Of a stretch of DNA of 64,000 nt, positions 48,699 through 57,872 are shown piece after piece. The stretch's first letter is position 1. Every line of letters begins with the position of its first letter. The DNA lies in contig CAXVYR010000004.1 in assembly GCA_963666975.2 (NCBI GenBank), positions 1,664,001 to 1,728,000 on the forward strand, written 5' to 3'. Origin of the DNA: Terriglobia bacterium. GTDB taxonomy: Bacteria; Acidobacteriota; Terriglobia; 2-12-FULL-54-10. The notes beneath the pieces are model-generated. The model was not told the origin of the DNA. It was given only the letters and a program-made list of their open reading frames with translations, and did not search any database. Both the position numbers and the translations under genes were made by a program.

Positions 48699-49166
48699 AT
48701 GGGAGAACTGGTTCACACTTCACGCGTGAAGATTTACAAAGACAAGGGGCCGACACGGCGCGCCTACATTGAAAATTTTCCCGAGCCGATTCGCTTCGGC
48801 GTACACGGCGGCATCAAGAAATTCTACGGGCTGGAGCCCCAGGAGGAACTGCCGGCCACGCTCGATCATATTGTGGCCGCGGTGGGCGGCTGAATGACCG
48901 GCACGCTGGCCGGGGCGCTGGCGGCACGCAAGATTCCTACGCAGCCCGACAAGCTGCAGGCGGAGGTCGAAGGCACCATTGAAAACGTGGACGGCAAGCC
49001 TTTGATCACATGCATCCGGGTGAAGTACTCCGTGAAAGTTCCCAAAGGAAAGCGGGAAGAGGCGGAGCGCGCCATGGAAGTGCATGAAAAAGGCTGTCCC
49101 GCTGCGGAAAGCGTAAAGCGGGGCATCCAGGTCGAGTGGTCGGGGACGGTGGAGGAAGAAGGCTGA
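48699..49166 (+). CDS. OsmC-family selenoprotein (Sec at TGA 48891-48893)
   Basis: Two in-frame ORFs joined by TGA: AAVGG-U-MTGT, resolving Cys in GCPAAES; GC hairpin downstream. Confidence 0.85.
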
Positions 49167-49288
49167 TCCTCAAACGACGGCAACTATGCCGGGGCGGGCA
49201 GGCCAGGCGCGGGCCTGGCTCCGGCGGGATTCAGTCTCCGGGTGAAAGAAAAAGAAAGGGACACAGACCGGTGCGGGGGGCGGCAGCC

Positions 49289-50272
49289 ATGCAAATAATG
49301 GATCATAAAAGAACAGTCCTTGCTCTTTGTTTGTGCGCCATCGTTGGCGTCGGGCTGATCTGGCCTGCTGATCAAAACGCGCAGGCCACCGCCGAGATCA
49401 TCACGGAGCCGAAGCAGCGGCTGATCCGCACGGCTCCCGGCGACACGCCTTTTGATGTGACCCGCCACACAATCGCTTTGAAAGGAATCCGCGGGGGAGG
49501 CCCCCCTAAGGACGGTATCCCAGCTTTGCTGGAGCCCTCCTTTATCTCTCCCGCGGAGGCCACTTCCTTGCGGCCTAAAGACATGGTCCTGGGCGTCAGC
49601 ATAGGAGGCGCTTCCAAAGCATACCCGATCCGCATCCTCAACTGGCACGAGTTGGTGAATGACCGGATCGGCTCGCGCCCCATTTTGGTGAGTTGGTGAC
49701 CGCTTTGCGGCTCGGGCGTAGTTTACGACCCGGTGATGGACGGCACGCGGTATCTGTTCGGAGTTTCGGGGCTGCTCTACCGCCGCAACGTCCTGATGTA
49801 CGACCGCCAGACGGAGAGCCTGTGGTCCCAGATGGCAGCGAAGGCCGTCACCGGCCCGATGGCGGGCGCCTCGCTCGAAATCCTCCCGGCGGAACACGCC
49901 AGTTGGCAGGACTGGAAAACACGCCATCCGGATACGCAGGTTCTCTCCTTCAATACAGGATACTCCCGCAACTATAGACGGGACCCCTACCGCGATATGC
50001 CGCTCGACCGCAGGGAAGCGGCTGCCGTCTTCTCTCGAGATCAGGTCAAACTGTACCCGCTGCGGGAGCTGGAAAAGGCGGAAAAGGACGGACAAGAAGT
50101 GGTCGAGGAGCTGGCCGGAGTAAAGTTAACAATCCGCTACGACCGCAAGCAGCACCGCCTCTCCATCACCGCAGAGAATGGTGAGCCGGTGAGGCAATTC
50201 GGTGCCTTTCTGGCCGACCTGCGCGCCTTCTATCCCGACGCGGAAATCTTCCGGTACAAGCGAAACCGCTAG
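49289..50272 (+). CDS. DUF3179-family exported selenoprotein (Sec at TGA 49697-49699)
   Basis: GGPPKDGIPAL, WHELVND, W-U-PLCGS, FGVSGLLY, YDRQTESLWSQ; SECIS-like hairpin 49713-49732. Confidence 0.9.
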
Positions 50273-50451
50273 AACCTCACCCGGAAACAGACCCACAGAG
50301 CAGGCCCAGCCTCCCAAGTGTGCCCCGCCTGAATTTCAGCATAGGAAGTCCCTTTTTCGTTGGAACTTTTGGAAGCCCCCCGAATCTTAGTCTCTGGGCA
50401 TGTTTCCCAATAGCGGAATCTAAGTGAAACAATCTAAAAGGAGAAATCGCA

Positions 50452-50826
50452 ATGGCAAATTGTATGACAAAACGGAATTACCTGGCGGGGCTGCTGGTAG
50501 CGAGCGCCTTGCTGGCGGGTGGGATGCTGTTTGACGGCACCGCCATGGCCCAGGGCATGGACAAGGGCACAACGCTCACAGGCACAGTCACCGACCTCGC
50601 GTGTGGAATAAAGCACAAGATGCCAGGTGATGCCGCGCAGTGCACCAACGAATGTGTCAAGATGGGGTCGAATTACGCCCTTGTCGTCGGCAGCAAGGTC
50701 TATACGCTGCGGGTGAAGGGAACAGCGGCAGGCCAGAGCCTAGCGGAGCTAGCCGGTGGACAGGCGAAGGTCACAGGAAAGGTGGACGGAAACACGATCT
50801 TTGTGAACTCCGTTGCTCACATCTAA
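50452..50826 (+). CDS. exported Cys/His-motif protein (paralog 1)
   Basis: AAGGAG RBS, signal peptide, CGIKH..CTNECVKMG..YALVV..VTGKVDG. Confidence 0.8.
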   Translation: MANCMTKRNYLAGLLVASALLAGGMLFDGTAMAQGMDKGTTLTGTVTDLACGIKHKMPGDAAQCTNECVKMGSNYALVVGSKVYTLRVKGTAAGQSLAELAGGQAKVTGKVDGNTIFVNSVAHI

Positions 50827-51008
50827 TGTTCCAGTTCTGGGAAGCAACCGGCGTTGGAGGGAACTACAAGCCTCTGAGTGCTGTTTCTTTTGCTGACGAG
50901 AGGCTGTAGGCTGACACTTCCAGCGCGGATTCGTTTCCGAATGGCCCAGCATCGATTTGGCGAACAAGCACAGAAGCTAAGATGCTGTGCTCTTTTTTTG
51001 CCTGCTAG

Positions 51009-51269
51009 GCCGATTTAATCGCTTATGGCAGAACGCTTTACCGCCAGGAGGGATGCTTCATGTGTCACCAACTGGATGGCGAGGGCGGAACGCTTGGTCC
51101 GGACCTTACCTTTCAGGGCAGCCGCGGGCGCACCGACGATTGGCTGACCGGCCATTTCAAGGACCCGCCGGCATACACGGAGGGTTCCCTCATGTCCGCA
51201 TTCGAGAACTTGACCGAAGAGCAGTTGCGAGCCCTGGTGGCATTCCTGCAAAATCAGAAAGGGAGTTAA
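51009..51269 (+). pseudogene. 5'-truncated c-type cytochrome domain
   Basis: GRTLYRQEGCFMCH..GPDL..WLTGHFKDP..SLM; in-frame TAG at 51006, no start or signal peptide. Confidence 0.7.
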
Positions 51270-51514
51270 CAGCGCTAAGACCTATAATACCCAGGGCGCT
51301 CACAGCAAAGAACAGCTTGCCCTCACTCCTCTGTTCTGATATCTTTTCGGCAGTTCGATTTGGCGGAACCAGCTACTTTCAGGCATCTAGGATTTAAGGA
51401 AGCGGGAAGACCATCAGGGCACTGCGAAGCCGCGAAATGTTCCCAAAGCTGGTTCTGGGGTACCCGAATACGGCTACATCAACCCCGCAAGGGGAACCGT
51501 TAAAGGAGACGTTA

Positions 51515-51862
51515 ATGGCAAACTGTAAATTATGGAGAAATTTTCTGCTGTCCGGACTGTTGGGCGCTTTCCTGCTGGCAGGGGCGACATTAGTTCACGC
51601 CGATGATCAGACCCTGGTTGGAGTGGTCAGCAACACGCATTGCGGTTTAAAGCATAGCACTGCCGATGCCAGCGGGGCCACTTGCGTCAATGGCTGCGTC
51701 AACGCCGGACGCGGCACCTACGCTCTGGTAGTAGACGGCAAGATTTACAAATTGGAAGGCGGCACGGCCGAGCTAACGAAGCTGGCTGGCCTAGAGGCGA
51801 AGGTCACAGGAAACGTCGATGGAATGACGATGCATGTGGCCTCCGTGGTTGCAGGCAGTTAA
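51515..51862 (+). CDS. exported Cys/His-motif protein (paralog 2)
   Basis: AAGGAG RBS, MANC start, CGLKH..CVNGCV..YALVV..VTGNVDG. Confidence 0.8.
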   Translation: MANCKLWRNFLLSGLLGAFLLAGATLVHADDQTLVGVVSNTHCGLKHSTADASGATCVNGCVNAGRGTYALVVDGKIYKLEGGTAELTKLAGLEAKVTGNVDGMTMHVASVVAGS

Positions 51863-52063
51863 GAGCAGACGCCGGAAGCTCCATCGAAGAAGATTGGTTT
51901 ATCGGGCGGTTTTACCTCCCTGTGAGGATGCAGGGGTGTGATGCCGCCCTTTCTTTTTGCTGCAAGTTCACCCCTCCCACAGCAACCCCACTGCCGTCGG
52001 AACCATCTTCAGGGACCGCAAATGCAATATCGAAGTCGCAATACGAAGCTGTAGAATCTTCAC

Positions 52064-53062
52064 ATGCCGGCACGTCTGCCAAACCGTCTGCCAAATATCG
52101 TCGAGTGCGTCCCCAACTTCAGCGAGGGACAGGACCGCCAGAAGGTCGACGAAATCGCTGCGGCAATCAGCAGCGTGGAGGACGTCTATGTGCTGGATAT
52201 CCACAGGGACGCCGACCATCACCGCTCCGTCATCACCTTTGTGGGAAGCAAGGAGAAGGTGGGCGAAGCGGCCGTGCGGGCAGCGGGCCGTGCAGCGGCT
52301 TTGATCGACATGAACCAGCATCACGGCGAGCACCCCAGGATCGGCGCTGCCGACGTGATTCCCTTCATTCCGGTCGCGGGGGTTACGCTCGAAGACTGCG
52401 CCGCCCTGGCGCGCGACACAGGCACGGAAATCCACCGCCGCTTCCAGATTCCCGTTTACTTCTATGAGGCCGCAGCGTCCCGGCCGGAGCGCGTCCATCT
52501 GGAAAACTTGCGGCGAGGCGGATTGGAAAGGTTGAAGGAACAGGGCATGGACGATCCTTCGAACCGCCCCGACGTTGGGGACCCTCGACCCCATCCCACC
52601 GCAGGAGTGTCGGCGGTGGGAGCGCGGAAGTTTCTGGTCGCCTTCAATGTAAATCTCAACTCGGCAGATATAGAGGTCGCCCGGCAGATCGCCCGAACCA
52701 TCCGCACTACCAGCCGCTTCCCTGGTGGCGGCTTGCCGGGCGTCAAGGCGATGGGTGTTCTCCTGAAATTGTGGACCGGGAACGGGCCAGCAGGACAGGC
52801 ACAGGTGTCACAGGTATCACAAGTTTCTATGAACCTGACGGACCTGGAACAGACATCCCTCCTCCAAGCCTTCCATGCAGTACAGCAGGAAGCCTCGCGC
52901 CTGGGAGTCACCATCCGTAGCAGTGAGGTTGTGGGATTGATCCCCGAAATGGCGCTCGCCGGAATGAGCCTGGAGTCTTTCCAGGAGTCGCTCCAGATAG
53001 AAGATTTTCATCCGCAGAAGATTTTGGAAAACAGGCTGGCGGCGGTGTTGTCCCGTGGATGA
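52064..53062 (+). CDS. ftcD: glutamate formimidoyltransferase
   Basis: VECVPNFSEG, DADHHRSV, HPRIGAADVIPF, QVSMNL. Confidence 0.93.
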   Translation: MPARLPNRLPNIVECVPNFSEGQDRQKVDEIAAAISSVEDVYVLDIHRDADHHRSVITFVGSKEKVGEAAVRAAGRAAALIDMNQHHGEHPRIGAADVIPFIPVAGVTLEDCAALARDTGTEIHRRFQIPVYFYEAAASRPERVHLENLRRGGLERLKEQGMDDPSNRPDVGDPRPHPTAGVSAVGARKFLVAFNVNLNSADIEVARQIARTIRTTSRFPGGGLPGVKAMGVLLKLWTGNGPAGQAQVSQVSQVSMNLTDLEQTSLLQAFHAVQQEASRLGVTIRSSEVVGLIPEMALAGMSLESFQESLQIEDFHPQKILENRLAAVLSRG

Positions 53063-53100
53063 CAAGTGGCTGACAAACTGTAACAAGCGGGAAGGGTGTA

Positions 53101-53457
53101 TTACCGGGGAGGGTCGTTCTCCAGGGAAGACCGATCCGGCTGCTCCTCCGGCGGGAGGGTGACGACCACCTCGCCGGGGCGCCCCATGCGAAGCTGTTCG
53201 CGGGCCAGTTCCTCAATGGTCTGCGGGTCGCTGCGCAATTCCTGGATTTTTTGTGCCAGCCGCAGGTTGTCCTCTTGCAGCCGCTGGACTTCCTCATCCA
53301 GCGCTTGCATCTGGAGGCGGCGCTGGCGGCGAACGAGATACCCGTTTTCTCCGGCAATCTCATGGACGGCAAGCGACAGAAGCGCCAAGCTGCACGCGGC
53401 TATCCACAGGTAGCGCTTTGCCCGCCGTCTTTTTTCTGCTGGGATGGAAAACTGCAT
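53101..53457 (-). CDS. ftsB: FtsB/DivIC septum formation initiator
   Basis: TM, coiled coil, IEELAREQLRMGRPGE; TGATG coupling with pgm. Confidence 0.88.
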   Translation of the reverse strand: MQFSIPAEKRRRAKRYLWIAACSLALLSLAVHEIAGENGYLVRRQRRLQMQALDEEVQRLQEDNLRLAQKIQELRSDPQTIEELAREQLRMGRPGEVVVTLPPEEQPDRSSLENDPPR

Positions 53458-54890
53458 CAGTCGAACAGAAATCGCCTCGCCGCTCCGGCCAACTCTTCCA
53501 GGCTCTTCTCGGTCGAAGCCTCGCAATAAAGCCGGCAAACGGGTTCCGTGCCCGAAAGCCGGAACAGAACCCACGAACCGTCGTCCAGGAGCAGCTTGAG
53601 TCCATCCATGCGGACCGTCTTCACCACTCGCCGCCCCTGGAAATTACTGTACTCTTGTTTACTCCGCTCCACAAAGCGGTTTTTGACGGTTTCCGTCAAT
53701 GGCACACTCCAGCGGCCGGGATAGTAGCTGCCCACCTTGCCGAACAGTTCCTGGATTTGCCGGGCGAGCGGCATCCCGCGGCTGGCCACCATCTCGGCGG
53801 TCAACAAGCAGGCCAGGATGCCGTCTTTTTCAGGAACATGATGCCGGATCGTCAGCCCGGCGCTCTCCTCGCCGCCCAGAACAAGCTTGTCCTGCTGGAT
53901 CATCTCCCCGATATATTTGAACCCCACCGGCGTCTCATAGACGGGGATGCGGTGGAACTTCGCCACCGCGTCAATCATGTGCGTGGTGGCAACGCTTTTG
54001 GCCACACCGCCCGTCCAGCCCTCTTCAGCCGTCCACGGGCGCGACTCGATCAGGTAGTCGAGCAACAGGGCCAGGATGTGGTTCGGCGAAATGAACGCCC
54101 CGCCTTCATCCACAATGCCGAAACGGTCGGCGTCGCCGTCTGTTGCCAGCCCCAAATGAGCGTGGCTCTGCTGCATGGCCTGCCGCAATTCCGCTAGATG
54201 TTCTCCGTCCGGCTCCGGAGGATGGCCACCGAACAGCACGTCGCGCCAGTTGTGAACCGACACCGCTTCTATCCCCGCATGCGCCAGCAGGCCGTCGATA
54301 TATCCTATTCCCGCGCCATAAAGCGGATCATAGGCCAGTCGCAACCCCGCCGAGCGGATCAACTCCAGATTCACCTTTTGTGCAATCTCCTCCATGTAGG
54401 CAGGCTGCAAATCAGTGCTTTCTACAGCGGCGGGCTTCTCCGGCAATGGGACCGGAAAATCGTTATTGAGCCATGCCTCCACCTTTTGGGTTACGCCCGT
54501 CATGGCCGGGGCGCCGTCAGAAGTGGAAAACTTGACGCCATTGTAGTGGGCCGGATTGTGCGAGGCGGTAAAGTTGATGGCGCCGTCGGTCTTCAGTCGG
54601 CGGATGGCGTACGCAATGGCCGGGGTGGGCACGGCTTGTTGGGACAAATAGCAGTGAATGCCGTGGCTCGCCAGAAGCTCGGCCGACATTGCCGCGAATT
54701 TTTCCGAGAGGAACCGTGTATCATAACCGACGATCAATGAGGGTCCGCCGCTCAGAGGCGAGCGTACCGGATTCGTGGAAGTGACGTAGCGGGCGACGGC
54801 CTCCACAGCCTTCTTCGCGTTCGCCATGGTGAAATCCTCGGCGATGATGGCTCGCCAGCCGGAGGTGCCGAACTTTATGGGAGAACTCAT
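53457..54890 (-). CDS. phosphoglucomutase/phosphomannomutase
   Basis: IKFGTSGWR, TASHNP, DGDADR, GEES, RLSGTEP. Confidence 0.95.
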   Translation of the reverse strand: MSSPIKFGTSGWRAIIAEDFTMANAKKAVEAVARYVTSTNPVRSPLSGGPSLIVGYDTRFLSEKFAAMSAELLASHGIHCYLSQQAVPTPAIAYAIRRLKTDGAINFTASHNPAHYNGVKFSTSDGAPAMTGVTQKVEAWLNNDFPVPLPEKPAAVESTDLQPAYMEEIAQKVNLELIRSAGLRLAYDPLYGAGIGYIDGLLAHAGIEAVSVHNWRDVLFGGHPPEPDGEHLAELRQAMQQSHAHLGLATDGDADRFGIVDEGGAFISPNHILALLLDYLIESRPWTAEEGWTGGVAKSVATTHMIDAVAKFHRIPVYETPVGFKYIGEMIQQDKLVLGGEESAGLTIRHHVPEKDGILACLLTAEMVASRGMPLARQIQELFGKVGSYYPGRWSVPLTETVKNRFVERSKQEYSNFQGRRVVKTVRMDGLKLLLDDGSWVLFRLSGTEPVCRLYCEASTEKSLEELAGAARRFLFD

Positions 54891-54998
54891 TTCGTCCATT
54901 GTACATTGCAGGAAATCCTTGGGGCCAACTCCACATTTGCTCCGTCTTTCAGGAGTTTGATAATTGGCTCCGTGCTTGCGATGAGGAGATGTAAACCA

Positions 54999-55367
54999 AT
55001 GACCGACAAGATTGTTGTAATGGTCACCGGCGGCAGCGCCGCCGAATGCAAGCGGATTGCCCGCAGGTTGCTGGAAAAGCGGCTGGTGGCCTGCGTGAAC
55101 CTGCTGCCGAGGATGCGCTCGCTCTACCGCTGGGAGGGCAAGATCGCCGACGAGCCGGAATATCTGATGATCCTCAAGTCCAGCCGCGAGCTTTTCCCGG
55201 AGTTGCGCAAGGAGGTGGAGAAGCAGCACAGTTACTCCGTCCCGGAGGTGATTGCGCTGCCGATCATCGACGGCGCCCCGAACTACCTCAACTGGGTCAC
55301 CGAGTGCGTCGCAACTTCGGCGACATTGGCAGACAGCCACAGAGACACAGAGATAGGGAGAAAATAA
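54999..55367 (+). CDS. cutA: divalent-cation tolerance protein CutA
   Basis: LVACVNLLP..SLYRWEG..HSYSVPEVIALPI. Confidence 0.93.
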   Translation: MTDKIVVMVTGGSAAECKRIARRLLEKRLVACVNLLPRMRSLYRWEGKIADEPEYLMILKSSRELFPELRKEVEKQHSYSVPEVIALPIIDGAPNYLNWVTECVATSATLADSHRDTEIGRK

Positions 55368-55458
55368 GGACATGAGCAAAAAGGGAGAGGCCACAAGGAC
55401 TAAGCCCTTCTCCACTTTCTGATTCTGGCTGCTTCTCCGTGCCTCAGTGCCTCTGTGG

Positions 55459-55998
55459 CTACACTTTCGGAAGCTCCAGCATTTCGCGGTGCCCAAAGCC
55501 GCGGCTGTTGTCGAGATACCAAACGGCCCTGGGAGCAATGCGATAGAGCCGGATTCCGGCCAGCTTCCGCTGCACCGTCTCCCGCAGCGGACCGGAGCGG
55601 AAGAACTTCGCCACAAAGGGAAATTTTTTTGTGTACACCTTCCAGAACCGCGCCTTCATTTTCAGGCCTCGCAGCCGCTCGGCCCGGCCCTCCAATTGAA
55701 TTCCTCGAATTTCACGCCAGTTGCTGTAATCCTCGTGGATCGCCGCGCTGACGGTGGCGTTGGCAGCCATGTTGACGCCGTGGCGGGAACGCGGATTGGA
55801 GAAAAAGTAGAGGTCCAGCCCGTCGCTCGCATAGAAGACGGCCGCCGCCCAGGGGACATCCTTTGCACAGGAGGCTATGGTCATGACGTTGTGCGTCTCC
55901 AGATATTCGAGGATGTCGCGGCGGAGCACGTCGCAATTCTGGCCGGGAGGGTTTTTCGATTTTTCTTTTTGTCGAGCCATCTTAGCGTGGGTTGGCAT
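55459..55998 (-). CDS. pyridoxamine 5'-phosphate oxidase-like protein (YhbP-like)
   Basis: PWAAAVFY, SRHGVN, IRGIQLEG, DNSRGFGHRE. Confidence 0.85.
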   Translation of the reverse strand: MPTHAKMARQKEKSKNPPGQNCDVLRRDILEYLETHNVMTIASCAKDVPWAAAVFYASDGLDLYFFSNPRSRHGVNMAANATVSAAIHEDYSNWREIRGIQLEGRAERLRGLKMKARFWKVYTKKFPFVAKFFRSGPLRETVQRKLAGIRLYRIAPRAVWYLDNSRGFGHREMLELPKV

Positions 55999-56027
55999 TC
56001 CTTCGTGAACGGAAGACAGTAGCGGAA

Positions 56028-57167
56028 TTAGATCGCCGTGAGCGCCTGGTCCAGGTCCCCGATCAGGTCTTCCACATCCTCAATGCCTACCGAGAGCCGG
56101 ATCAGCCCCTGCGTGATGCCGATCCGCTGGCGGTCCTCTTCCGAAAAATAGGCGTGGGTCATGGTCGCCGGATGCGAGATCAGCGTCTCCACCCCTCCCA
56201 GGCTTTCGCCCAGCAAGCACAGGCGGACACGGTTCAGCACCGCGCGCGCGTTCTCAAACGATCCAGTCTCAAACGACATCATCCCGCCAAACCCGGACAT
56301 CTGTTTTTTGGCCAGCGCGTACTGGGGATGGGCCGGCAAACCCGGATAGTAAACCTTTCTCACTTTGGGATGGCGGCTCAGGTACTCGGCCACGGCCATG
56401 GCGTTGGCGCTGTGCTGCCGCATCCGCACGGCGAGGGTCTTGACCCCCCGGAGCACCAGCCATGCATCCATCGGCCCCATGACGGCCCCGGCGGCATTCT
56501 GAATAAACTGCAGCCGTGCGGCGTCCTCCTCCCGCGCCAGCACCGCCACGCCGCCCACGCCGTCGCTGTGGCCGTTCAGATATTTCGTGGTGGAGTGCAC
56601 CACAATGTCGGCTCCCATCTCCAGGGGTCTCTGGAAATAGGGGGAAAGGAAAGTGTTGTCCACCACCAATTGAATCTTGCGCTGCCGGGTGATGGCGGCT
56701 ATCGCAGAGAGGTCCGAGACCGCCATCAGGGGATTGGTGGGGGTCTCGACAAGCGCCATGCGGGTGTTGGGCCGCAGCGCCTCCCGCACGCGGTCGGCTG
56801 AGCTGGTGTCCACATAAGTACAATCCAACCCGAAGTTTTTCATGACGGCATCCAGCAGACGCGGCACCCCTCCATAGGCCCCATCCGTGCAGACGATATG
56901 GTCCCCGCTCTTCAGCATGGTGAGGACGGCGTGGATAGCGGCCATTCCGGAGGCGAAAGCCAGCCCGCTGTGGCCCCCTTCGAGCACGGCCATGTTCTTC
57001 TCCAAGGCGGCTCGGGTGGGATTGCCGGTGCGGGAATATTCATACCCCTTGTGCTTCCCCAACTCTTCCTGCGCGTATGTGGATGTCTGATAGATGGGAA
57101 CGACGACGGCCCCGGTGGAGGGGTCCGGTTCCTGCCCGGCGTGAATTGCGTCTGTTGAAAAACCCAT
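56028..57167 (-). CDS. cystathionine gamma-lyase/synthase (PLP transsulfuration enzyme)
   Basis: YSRTGNPT, ETPTNP, VDNTF, HSTTKYLNGHSD, SLGGVETL. Confidence 0.94.
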   Translation of the reverse strand: MGFSTDAIHAGQEPDPSTGAVVVPIYQTSTYAQEELGKHKGYEYSRTGNPTRAALEKNMAVLEGGHSGLAFASGMAAIHAVLTMLKSGDHIVCTDGAYGGVPRLLDAVMKNFGLDCTYVDTSSADRVREALRPNTRMALVETPTNPLMAVSDLSAIAAITRQRKIQLVVDNTFLSPYFQRPLEMGADIVVHSTTKYLNGHSDGVGGVAVLAREEDAARLQFIQNAAGAVMGPMDAWLVLRGVKTLAVRMRQHSANAMAVAEYLSRHPKVRKVYYPGLPAHPQYALAKKQMSGFGGMMSFETGSFENARAVLNRVRLCLLGESLGGVETLISHPATMTHAYFSEEDRQRIGITQGLIRLSVGIEDVEDLIGDLDQALTAI

Positions 57168-57336
57168 GGTGGATTCCCTAATTTTTTAGTATCGGTCGAT
57201 TGCAAGCCCTTGCATTTTCTCTCCGGTCGGAACAACTGGTTGGAAGCAGCGGGCCGGAAAACCGGAGATCGCTTGAGGACTATACCTTTTTCTGCCGACT
57301 GTAGTAAAATATGCTCAGTTCAGTTGGAGGAAGCCC

Positions 57337-57714
57337 ATGCGAAACATAGCCTTCGGGGGAGTGCTGCTGGCGGTTATGGCAGCCAGCCTGTTCGCGGCAG
57401 ATTCAGACACGGTGACAACCTCGCGTCTGAATCTTCAGGTCGTCGCCGGCGAAAACAAGAAGCCCGTGCCAAACGCCCATGTGATCGTTCGTTTTGTGCA
57501 GGAAAAATTCCTCAAGGACAAACGCACCAGTTGGGAGACGAAAACCAACCGGAAGGGTTTCGTCGTGCTGGACAACGTCCCTCACGGCACCGTCCAGATC
57601 CAAATCATTGCTCGGGGCTATCAAACCTACGGGAACGAGCACGAACTCAGCAAACCGAAGGAAGAATTGACCATCCTGCTGAATCCGCCGCAGAGCCAGC
57701 ATTCCTCTTACTGA
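57337..57714 (+). CDS. exported carboxypeptidase-regulatory-like domain protein
   Basis: GGAGG RBS, signal peptide, KPVPNAHV..KTNRKG..ARGYQTYG. Confidence 0.8.
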   Translation: MRNIAFGGVLLAVMAASLFAADSDTVTTSRLNLQVVAGENKKPVPNAHVIVRFVQEKFLKDKRTSWETKTNRKGFVVLDNVPHGTVQIQIIARGYQTYGNEHELSKPKEELTILLNPPQSQHSSY

Positions 57715-57872
57715 AATCGCCGGATTTTCCCAATACGTCTCGCTTTCATGCAGCTTTTCACCGCCGGGGCCCGGTCACTGTAGCTGGGAAAAAGCTCCCG
57801 CACTCTTTGGAAGACACTTTTCGGAAAAGGTTGAAAAGGCTCGCCTACAAGTACCGTGCTTTCTTTATCTGG

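Noticed and set aside
55335-55461. AGCCACAGAGACACAGAG...CTCAGTGCCTCTGTGGCT inverted repeat
   Set aside because: Looks like an ordinary short intergenic palindromic repeat between convergent genes
54891-55616. Long N-terminal extension of the 719-aa PGM ORF
   Set aside because: Overlaps cutA on the opposite strand; family homology starts at MSSPIKFGT
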